From assembly GCA_951406725.2 (NCBI GenBank), contig OX597832.1, positions 46,810,001 through 46,874,000 on the forward strand: a DNA stretch of 64,000 nt, read 5' to 3'. Numbering within the stretch: the first letter of the stretch is position 1; each line of letters begins with the position of its first letter. Position numbers and translations under genes: made by a program. The DNA comes from Octopus vulgaris. Lineage: Eukaryota. The notes below the pieces were generated by a model that made no database searches, had not been told where the DNA came from, and worked only from the letters and a program-made list of their open reading frames with translations. Below are positions 52,940-64,000 of this stretch, in pieces.

Positions 52940-53739
52940 GTATGTATGTGTGCATATATTTGAATATATGTTTGCGTGTGTATTATCAATATGCGTATAT
53001 ATGCATATATGTATGTATGTGCTTATTAATATATATATATATATATATGCATGTGTATATGTATATGTATGTATGTATGTATGTATGTAGAAACATGGAC
53101 AAATGCAGATTGAAATAAAAATGATTGGAAATGCATGTAGGTGGTGTACCATTATACAAATGTGTGTGTAAGGACGGTTATATGCCTTTGTGTGTATACT
53201 ACAGCGTGTAAAACTAGAACGAGATTTGAAATCAGCCGCCAGTGTGGTTACGACCAACATTGATACAGTGTTTCGTTTGGGCTATAGATTTGTTACAGTT
53301 GCCATTTTTGGAACACTTTCTTATCAGATAGACTGCTGTGCTTTTCTCTTCAGATGATAATACAGTCAAACAAATCTAGCCTGACGGCTCCACCGATTCT
53401 ATCTGTCTAACGTGTATTACCTTCACCTTGGAATATTCAGGTACTATTTGTTTCACTAAATATTGTTGAAGCCTGGTCTATGTGCATTGCCATGCATGCT
53501 TGATGGCTGACCAGGCAGGTACAGAAGGAAATGGAGACATTTAGACACGCACACAAACACACACACGCGCACCCACACACACACACACATACACACACAC
53601 ACACGCACACACACACACAACAACAACAACGCAGGTACACGAGAGCACACATGGACAAACACATACACATACATACATATGTATGTGGTTTTTGTGTGCC
53701 ATTAATATATAAGTATGAGGATTTATTTACGTATGTGCG

Positions 53740-53962
53740 TGTATTTTGTGCGTTTGCTCCGTGTCTGTGCTGGTCCCAGACCACCGCTTGACAACCTGTG
53801 TTCGTTTGTTTACGTCCCCGTAATTTAGCGGTTCGGTGTAAAACGAAGATAGAATAAGGAACAGGGTTTAAAAAAATAAGTACTGGGTCGATTCCTTCGA
53901 CTAAAATACTTCAAAGAGGTGGCCCCAACTGGCTGGACTCTAATATCTGAAACAAGCAAAAG
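53740..53962 (+). mobile_element. SINE family A 3' half, diverged
   Basis: CCGCTTGACAACC...TTACGTCCCCGTAATTTAGCGGTTCGG. Confidence 0.75.
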
Positions 53963-54001
53963 TATATATGTGTGTGTGTGTGTGTATTTATGTATATATT
54001 T

Positions 54002-54040
<39 letters not shown>

Positions 54041-54867
54041 TATATATACATATACATGCATATACATATGTAGACGCATATTTGTACATGCATGTATGTA
54101 TGTGTGTGTTTGTGAGATGTGTGTGTGTGTGTGATATGTGTGCATGTATGTGTTTGTTTGTTTCGAAGACTACACTGTATCAGAATAAAGTGCTAAGTCT
54201 ATTTCGAAATCTGATGAAGCCCAGAATCCCAAAACCCCTTTCCGTGCACATTCAATATACAACCATCCATGAAACAGTGTTCCGTTTGGGCTAGAGATTT
54301 ATGTTACAGTTGCCATATTTGAAACACATTCTTATCAGATAGACCGCTGTGCTTTTCTCTTTAGACGTTCTTTCGATATTATTGTCAGGGCAAATGTTTG
54401 TTCATTATATATACACACAGATACACACATACACTTATACATACATACATGCATACATACATGCATACATGCATGCTTACATACATTTATACATACATAC
54501 ATACATACATACATACAAACATACATACATACATACATACGTGCATAGATGCATGCATGCATACATACACACATATATACAAGCATACATACATACAAAC
54601 ATACAAACATACATACATACAAACACACACATATACATACATACATGCATACATGCATACATACATACATACATACAAACATACATACATACATACATAC
54701 ATACACACATACGTGCATAGATGCATGCATGCATACATACATATACACATACATACATGCATACATACATACATACATACATACATATACATACATACAT
54801 ACATACATGCATGCATAACTACATGCATACATACATATATACATACATACATACATACATGCATACA

Positions 54868-55215
54868 CACTGCCTGAATACCACCCTTGAGGAATTAGCC
54901 TCCGCAAAACCAGAAAGGAGAAAGCTAATTCGAAGACTACTGATACAAGCCACCACTGGAACAGTAAAAATATGTAAAACTTTTCAGAAGTCTACCATGT
55001 CAATATATATGAGCATGTCTAGATATGCAACTACATACATGAGAATATATACCTTAAACATACAAATCTGCACATACATATATACATATATACAGACGGT
55101 CAGACAGACATGCAAAAATACCCTCTTGTTGCTGTTGAAGTTCCAATGGATCTAGGTTAGAAACCGGTTCTTGCCCATCTGGCAAATCTTGAAATAAACT
55201 GAATAATGATATACA
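54868..55215 (+). mobile_element. 5'-truncated R4/Dong-like LINE copy in (CATA)n
   Basis: HCLNTTLEELASAKPERRKLIRRLLIQATTGTVKICKTFQK plus the same 3'UTR as the 39040 copy; follows (TACA)n at 54420-54868. Confidence 0.72.
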
Positions 55216-55546
55216 TACTTACCATTTGTGTCTCTATGATTCCACACGATGTTCGCCATAAAACAATTTAAAATTTTAATTAATGACATATAAAATGTTA
55301 GGTTGAGCAACCAAAAACGTATGAAGAAACGATAGCGTGTTTTATTTTTATTTTGTGAAGTACATATTTATTTTACTTGTCTGTCTGTTTTATGTCATAA
55401 AATATTTATGAAACTAGCATTTGAAACTATTAACAAAGTCTGGTTTTCTTTACTGCTAGCAACTTGAAATACAATTAGCTGCAAAAATCTAACGTATATT
55501 TACGCACAACGCACAGCCACAGACTCCATTATAAATATATATATAT

Positions 55547-55797
55547 GTTTAAGTAGTTGAATGAATTATCCTAGTATGGATAATTCGGTTAACCGATACC
55601 CGGGTAGCAAATATACGTCAGAAAGCACGGTTGAAGCTACATGTTAAGGGCAGAAATCACGTGCTGATTCCCTGATGAGAAGACGGCATAATGCACCCTT
55701 TATTCCTTCGGAATAAAGAATATGCAGTCTTCGAAACATGTGTCGAGAATAAAGGAATTTTGTTAAATCGTCGTTCGACTCCATTCTTTCATTTATC
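55547..55797 (+). mobile_element. (TA)n-flanked, highly structured hammerhead element of about 250 bp, family H4
   Basis: Bounded by (TA)n; several hairpins and palindromes, a canonical hammerhead, then AATAAA. Confidence 0.65.
55667..55750 (+). ncRNA. Type I hammerhead ribozyme with canonical core and extended stem II
   Basis: ATTCC-CTGATGA-GAAGAC.GCATA...CTTTATTC cttcg GAATAAAG...TATGC.GTCTTC-GAAAC-ATGT-GTC-GAGAAT. Predicted cleavage is after GUC at 55744. Confidence 0.8.
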
Positions 55798-55802
55798 TAT
55801 CT

Positions 55803-55835
<33 letters not shown>

Positions 55836-55920
55836 CACATACATGATATACATGTGTCTGTATGTGTTTGTGGGTACCTGTGTGTCGTGTGTAAAATCTA
55901 TAAAACTTTCCACTATATAT

Positions 55921-56102
55921 AGAGTGAGACTTTGCGAAAAAACAAAAGACAAAGACGGGTATGTAAACAACAAACAGATGTATTATTTTAACGCTCGGGA
56001 AATAAGAAAGTCCTTTACGTTTCGAGCCTGTGAGAGAAAATAGAAAAAAGGAAGGGAAAATAGGAAAAGGTTTAAATGGCTAGCGATCTATCATGGCGAA
56101 AC
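55921..56102 (-). mobile_element. Hammerhead element family H3 with the 5' half of the ribozyme deleted
   Basis: Reverse complement has ATGATAGATCGCTAGCCA (matches 33905) and AGGCTCGAAACGTAAAGGAC; flanked by TA repeats. Confidence 0.7.
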
Positions 56103-56110
56103 ATATATAT

Positions 56111-56275
56111 ATTGACAACCGATGTTGGTTTTTTTTTTACGTCCCCGTAATCAAGCGGTTCGGCAAAAGTGACCGATAAGTACTAGGCTTACAACGAATA
56201 AATCCTGGATCCATTTGTTCGACTAAAGTGGTACTTCAGCACGGCCGAAGTCAAATGACTGAAACAAGAAATAGA
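56111..56275 (+). mobile_element. SINE family A 3' half
   Basis: TTGACAACCGATG...AGTCAAATGACTGAAACAAG. Confidence 0.8.
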
Positions 56276-57018
56276 ATGTATATGGCGGATTTCCACACTT
56301 TCTGTCTGCCAGACAACGAATTCTGCAGTGGAACACATTACCACTAGTTGTAGCAGAGTAGAAGTGAACCTGAAATTCCATTGTTGCAAAGCGTGCATCT
56401 TAATCAGTCACCTATATCTAACATAAGTAAAATTTCTTGGAAAATAATTTTTGCTTTTCTTTTATGTAAATGCAAAATGAAAATTATCATCTCTTCCGAT
56501 TATTGATTTGCCGCTATGGTAAAAGTTCATGACCAACTGTAGTGAACAAGATGGGAGAAATTGCCTGGTGGTATTACTTGACATACATGCTATATCCAAA
56601 ACTCTCTCGTATTTAACTTTGACATTTAGTTATCTGACATAGATAAAATAAGCACCAGTCAAATATTAAACTCGCTTGAATTAACCATGCCGTGCCTTCA
56701 GCATTTTAAACCTTCTTGGCACCATGAGAAACCGAAAAAAAAAAAATTATGCATTCACGCATATATAAGTAATTATGCATATATACATACGCATACATAC
56801 ATACACAAGCATACACATGCATACACTTATATACATACACAAACACCTACAGTAGTATAGAGAAAAGAACACACAGACGATTAGTGCAGAGGTATATACG
56901 TGCATGTATGCACACTAACTTATTAAACTACATCCCTGGAGCTGTTTTAATTCGAAAACTTTTGGAATTTTGTTAGAGACCAGCTTAGACTCCATAAACA
57001 AGAACTTGTATGCCAAAT

Positions 57019-57056
<38 letters not shown>

Positions 57057-57411
57057 TACATACATACATACATACATACATACATACATACATACATACA
57101 TACATACATACATGCATACATACATATATATATTTGTATATATATATATTCATATCTATGAATACGTATGTGTATGTCTATGTACATGCATACATATATA
57201 CATAAATTCTTAAGATGTTAAGGATGACGGTTAAAAGAAGATGCTTTACTTCGCAACCTTGTGACGAAGTAGATGGCCGGTTAAAATTTAGTAGAGAAGT
57301 AAAAATAAAACTAAATCATACATACATACATATATACATACATACATACATACATACATACATACATACATACATACAAACATGCATATATACATACATA
57401 CATAAATGCAT

Positions 57412-57520
57412 ACACTGTTGTTGATGTTGAAATTCCAAAGATGGAGCCTTGGATCTAGTTTAGAAACCGGTTCTTTCTTTATTGGCAAGAAATCATGAAA
57501 TAAAACTGAATAATGACATA
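57412..57520 (+). mobile_element. 3'UTR-only copy of the R4/Dong-like LINE in (CATA)n
   Basis: TGTTGAAATTCCAA...GGATCTAGTTTAGAAACCGGTTC...GAATAATGACATAC. Confidence 0.75.
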
Positions 57521-58673
57521 CAAACATACATACATGCATACAAATCCACAAACTCTCTTATACTTCTGTGTATTTGTGTGGCAGTTTGTATAGACCGGTG
57601 AAATTTCTTTTAGACCTTTAAAACTTATGGATCTGATTAAACGGACGTAACTCAAATGAACGTAATAAAATAAAATTGATAAAATAAGTGCTTGATTAAT
57701 TACTGGTATTTGTAAACTAAAATCCTTGACGCCGATCCTCCAGTATGGCCACCGTCATGTGTACGTGTACGTGTGTCTGTGAGTATTATTTGTATAATTT
57801 TCTTCGTATACGTAAAGCCTTACCCAATTTTATTTGGTTGAGCTTTAAGTATGAACGTCACACATACTTTCCAATGGAAGTTTAAACAAAAAACTGTTTA
57901 CACGTCGCGTTTTATTGAGGACACAATGACATCTCAATGACATCTTAACAATATATTTTGGAAAATAAATTATGCACACTGCTTATATTTGCTTAATTCT
58001 GACCAGGCAAACACGCCTATTTACTGAGAAAGATTGTTAACATAATAAGAGGTGGGTCGTTCTATTAAACAGGTTTCCTCTGGGATTTTCTCTTTTTTCA
58101 TGCTAAATGGTACATCATAAAGTTGAACAGGCAGGAAGCTTTGGCAGGAAATCCTTCGCTAAGGTTATTATTGGCTAATGACTTTATTGACGTTCATTGT
58201 GTTGATAGAGGCGCCGTGTAGAATCTTAAAGGTTTCGAGGCCAGACAACGCTAGTGTTGCTTATCTGCGCTGTCGAAAAATTTACGAGCCATCTTGATTC
58301 AACATTAAACGTTCACGCGATGCTATCTTACCGATCTATGTACGCCGCTTTGACACACGCATTCTTGATCGTGGCGTGTTTTGCACGTAAGCAAGAGGGA
58401 CTATCCATATCCTTCGCCCATATTAATATCAGTATTTGCGCCATTTGGACATCATTGCACGTATCTCGAATGTGTCTGCAGCCTATGACTAAGCCTTATA
58501 TCTCGATAAACATATTGATGTGTACGCTGCTTCCTGCTGCAACAATCAACGAATTACGTTTTATAGATTTTTTGCAATTCTTCAGACCAAAATCAGAACC
58601 TCTGCAGTAATATCTTTGACGAAGCATCTGAATTCAAAGAATAAAAAGAAAACTAAATAAAACTCAGGAAAGA

Positions 58674-59079
58674 GGCGCAGGAGTGGCTGTGTGGTAAGTA
58701 GCTTGCTTACCAACCACATGGTTCGGGGCTCAGTCCCACTGCGTGGCACCGTGGGCAAGTGTCTTCTACTATAGCCTCGGGCCGACCAAAGCCTTATGAG
58801 TGGATTTGGTAGGTGGATACTGAAAGAAGCCCGTCGTATATATGTATATATAGATGTGTTTGTGTGTGTTTGTGTGTCTGTATTTGTCCCCCCAACATTG
58901 CTTGACCACCGATGCTTGTGTTCTTATGTCCCCGTCACTTAGCGGTTCGGCAAAAGAGACCGATAGAATAAGTACTGGGCTTACAAAGAATAAGTCCTGG
59001 GTCAATTTGCTCGACTAAAGGCGGTGCTCCAGCATGGCCGCAGTCAAATGACTGCAACAAGTAAAAGAGTAAAAGAGTA
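58674..59079 (+). mobile_element. SINE family A, full length
   Basis: Family A head, body and tail. Confidence 0.92.
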
Positions 59080-59646
59080 AATAAAATTACTATTGTTGCC
59101 TCCCGTATACCAAAAGTAAGGGAATATATTTTTAGCATTTCCCAGAGTGCTGCTACTGTATAATATTTCTGACCTTGTACTCAAACCATTTAATGCTTGG
59201 TACATTGTCGATCTGTGCTGCTTGCCATTGCTATAAATTTGTTATAAATAAACGGTAGATATTTTACTTTTATTTTCAACATTTACTCAAAGAAGGAAGA
59301 GCAGCACCTTTCGCCAATCGTTTTTTCCAGAATCTCTGAGATGGGTGGGAGGAGAAGAATAAGATACCCTTAAACGAGAAAAAAAACCTGACACGTTTGC
59401 TTGCAACAGAGTGAACTCCGATAATATTATTGTAAGGACCATATCATGGTATTAAACCGGGTTGAATCGACAACCCAATAATCCAGAACACAACGATGCA
59501 AAACAAATACCACAAGGTATCCCGTTCGATGCTCTCAAAAGTATGATAATCTAGCACGCTGCGTATTGAAAGTATGAAAGGTGAAATTCAGGTTAGCGAG
59601 ATTTGAACTCAAAATGACGAAACCCACATACACACAGGGATACATA

Positions 59647-59707
<61 letters not shown>

Positions 59708-59937
59708 AACACGATAGGATTCTTTCAGTTTCCGTCTACCAAACCTACTCAGACGGTCGACCAAGGGCTGTCGTAGAAGACACCCAAATGGCACATAGTG
59801 GGATTGAACCCAGGACCATGTGGTTAGAAAGCAAACGTCTTACCACACATCAACAATTGCACCTACTCACGCACACATACACACTCACAAACAAATGTAT
59901 ATATATATAGATATATATGTACGTGTGTATATGTGTG

Positions 59938-60123
<186 letters not shown>

Positions 60124-60179
60124 GAGAGAGAGAGATAGACAGATAGATACATACATACATACATACATACATACATACA

Positions 60180-60211
<32 letters not shown>

Positions 60212-60609
60212 GATATATGTGTGTGCGTACGTGTGTGTTTGTGTGTATGTATGTATGTATGACTATCAAACTACCCACATGTTTTTATATGTGGTGGGAT
60301 AACAAAATACTGATCTCTATGTTCCTTAAGTCCTTAAAAATGTTTTAGCCCGAAGGCCGCGGCCATGCTGGGGCAACGCCGCTGATGAATAAATTTCATT
60401 AAAGGTAGGCGAAATTTCTTATAATATAGAAGCTTGGGTAGGTCATATAAAGGAAGTAATATATAGAGCATCACACCCGGCAAAACAAAAGACGATTTTT
60501 ATTTTTCTCCTAGCCTCAAGGTAGCACACTTTCCCGCTACACACCTACGTGTTCGACATACCTTGCCTTAATCAACTTAACTTATGAAAAATTATACCTT
60601 TTATCTTTC

Positions 60610-61300
<691 letters not shown>

Positions 61301-62175
61301 ACCCAGAGCCAGGCCTTCACGAATTTGTTATGGAAGACACTACTGTTCAGGGTTCAAAATTCACATTGAATTCAAGAAAAAGTAAAAGTTGTAGACCAAA
61401 GATCTCTACTAAGACTCTAGCTCATTCTCTTCTCGATCACGGAGTAGATCGCTACAACAACGTCGGTCGCCTGATGCTTGAAGAAAAATGCATCAGCTAC
61501 GAATCTAGTGTTGAAACACCCGCAAGGGTCTATCTGCACACCTTCGTACTTCCTTTCTCCTGGTGGTCAACACTAGGCGCATCGGCAAATTATCTATATG
61601 CCTATTTGTCTATTTGTCTATTTATCTATCTCCCTCTCTATCTCCATTCAGTCCCACCCCGCCCCAGTCTCTCTCTCCCGCTCATCACTCTCTTTTCGTT
61701 TTAGCTAGCACAGCCTGAAAGTTTCGCTGTGACAATTCGCTGGAAATTCTAAGCTAGAATCTGTCTTTGTAAATATAGTAGCAATTGCACATTTTCGTAC
61801 AGAGCAGTCGTGGTGTGCCTTCACTTTTGTCATACACATCCTTGCCATTCAATCTCCTTTTTAAGCTACGTAGCATAAACACAATATAAACTGCCGTGTA
61901 TACAAACAAACACAGAACATACATCACATGTTATAAAATAAATATAGCATAGACATGGTATAAACTCGACATAAATTCAATAGAAATATTTTATATATTT
62001 TCACCGTCAGTGTTGTTTTATATCGCTTGTATTCTCCTGAACCTGCATACTTACATTTTTCAGTAAAATAATATGTCGGTTAGATGTCGTATTTGCCGCA
62101 AAGTTTTCCATTCACATTAAACGTAAAGTTTGCATTTAATACCTCATTTCCCTTTCATACTCATCACCATTATTA

Positions 62176-62222
<47 letters not shown>

Positions 62223-62658
62223 GGTTACATCCTGCTGCTCGGAGGGAAAATGGAGACAATTTCGGGTTTTTTTTAATGAGAAAATGTCAAATGTTAGAGA
62301 TAAAATGTCAAAGAAGCGAGTCTGTATCATCCTGCTTGCCTTTCTCTACAATTTCTTTCTCTCTTTCTTTCCTTTCCTCACTTCTACATAATTATATTCC
62401 ATGATTTTTTGCGCGAAAGTGTATGCGTATATGTGTTTGTGTGTGTGTGTGTGTGCATGTATATGTATGTACAAATATACATGCACGCACACACGCACAT
62501 ACACATGATTATATATATATACATATACGTACACTCACACACATACACATATATATATATACATATATATACACACATATATATATACACACATATATAT
62601 ATATACACACAGACATATATATACATATATATACATATATATATATACACATACACAC

Positions 62659-62730
<72 letters not shown>

Positions 62731-63266
62731 ACGGTATTAAATAATAGAGCAACAAGTGAAAGCAGACGAAACGGAAAATAACAATTGCTGGAATAAGAAT
62801 GACAAAGCCTCTCACTCTTACGCCACCACCATTACCACCACCACCACCACCACCAGAAGCACTCGACACCGAAATGAAAAGAAAAAAACAAAAAACATTG
62901 TGTTTGAGCATCAATAACTAACATCCAAAATCAAAACAAAATTAAGTGATATTTGATGATACTAAAATAATTTTGCCAAAGTAGAACAACGGAATAATTT
63001 ATATCTGATTCACGAAAGGGAAATGTTAAAATGACCCGGGTTAATGTTATAAAGAATGTCTGATTTGAAGAGGGAACGTATATGCAATGTCGGTGTGATA
63101 TTTTATCGTTATTTCTGGTAACATATAGGCACATATAGGTGCAGACGTGGTTGCATGCTTGTGAAGAACGCTTCGAGGCCACGTGACTTCTGTTGCAGCT
63201 CCGCTGTGTAGCACTTCCGATGAGGTTTTTTTTCTTTCTTTTCACTTCTCTTCTATAACCTGGAAG

Positions 63267-63653
63267 AGGAGGCGCAATGGCCCAGTGGTTAAGTCAGCGG
63301 ACTCGCGGTCATAGGATCGCGGTTTCGATTCCCAGACAGGGCGTTGTGGGTGTTTTTTGAGCGAAAACACCTAAAGCTCCATGAGGCTCCGGCAGGGGAT
63401 GGTGGTGATCCCTGCTGTACTCTTTCACAACTTTCTCTCACTCTTACTTCCTGTTTCTGATGTACCTGTATTTTCAAAGGGCCGGGGCCTTGTCACTCTC
63501 TGTGTCACGCTGAATATCCCCGAGAACTACGTTAAGGGTACACGTGTCTGTGGAGTGCTCAGCCACTTACACGTTAATTTCACGAGCAGGCTGTTCCGTT
63601 GATTCGGATGAACCGGAACCCTCGTCGTCGTAACCGACGGAGTGCTTCCATCC
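63267..63653 (+). mobile_element. SINE family C, full length, tail type 1, 12-bp TSD
   Basis: TSD ATAACCTGGAAG at 63255-63266 and 63654-63665; close match to 35156-35544. Confidence 0.92.
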
Positions 63654-63904
63654 ATAACCTGGAAGGTAACAGTCATTGCTTTAGGAGTGCGTTTGTTAGA
63701 AGAAAACTGTGCAGAATCCTTTCGAGGTTGTACCCCAACATATTTGGAGCCCGATGACTAAAGCAAGTAAACGAAACATCGTTGTTCACATTCAAGTGAT
63801 GTTCCGGTGTTCTGTAATGTTTCTCCTGCTCATATTATCATGATATATATCTATGAAATTATATATTTATATTATATTGTTTTGGTCATTGCTTCATCAT
63901 ATAT

Positions 63905-63990
63905 ATTTCTTTACTACCCACAAGGGGCTAAACATAGAGGGGACAAACAAGGACAGACAAACGGATTAAGTCGATTACATCGAACCCAAT
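63905..63990 (-). mobile_element. SINE family B 3' tail fragment
   Basis: TTTCTTTACTACCCACAAGGGGCTAAACATAGAGGGGACAAAC. Confidence 0.85.
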
Positions 63991-64000
63991 GAATGTGTAT

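Noticed and set aside
58254-58610. 118-aa non-repetitive ORF, possibly a decayed mariner N-terminus
   Set aside because: No diagnostic motif is readable; a profile search would be needed.
63745-63785. CCGATGA...CGAAAC hammerhead-like string
   Set aside because: Better explained as a decayed SINE A tail (ATGACTGAAACAAGTAAA), and it has no stems.

Overview
AT-rich, microsatellite-saturated eukaryotic non-coding DNA. The repeat content suggests a coleoid cephalopod such as Octopus, but that is inference from the repeat families only. I found no intact host protein-coding gene, and almost every ORF in the track is a translation of simple repeats or SINEs. The window is a nested mosaic of four tRNA-derived SINE families (my labels A-D, about 40 copies or fragments). 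It also holds decayed autonomous elements: Tx1/L1-like, R4/Dong-like, RTE, CR1-like and Penelope-like retroelements, Chapaev3-like and mariner transposases, and MITEs. Two fold-back palindromes and a 1.65-kb tandem duplication (possibly an assembly artefact) are also present. The most interesting signal is a set of short (about 150-280 bp) non-coding elements embedded in (TA)n arrays that carry type I hammerhead ribozyme folds, from at least four families. One has a canonical core at 55667-55750; the others have recurrent CCGANGA or CUGUNGA core variants. Different retroelements appear to sort by microsatellite type: (TA)n, (CATA)n and (TATC)n. SINE B shares its tail with a Tx1-like LINE and forms 184-bp head-less multimers. 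Coordinates were read by eye and element ends may be off by a few bases.
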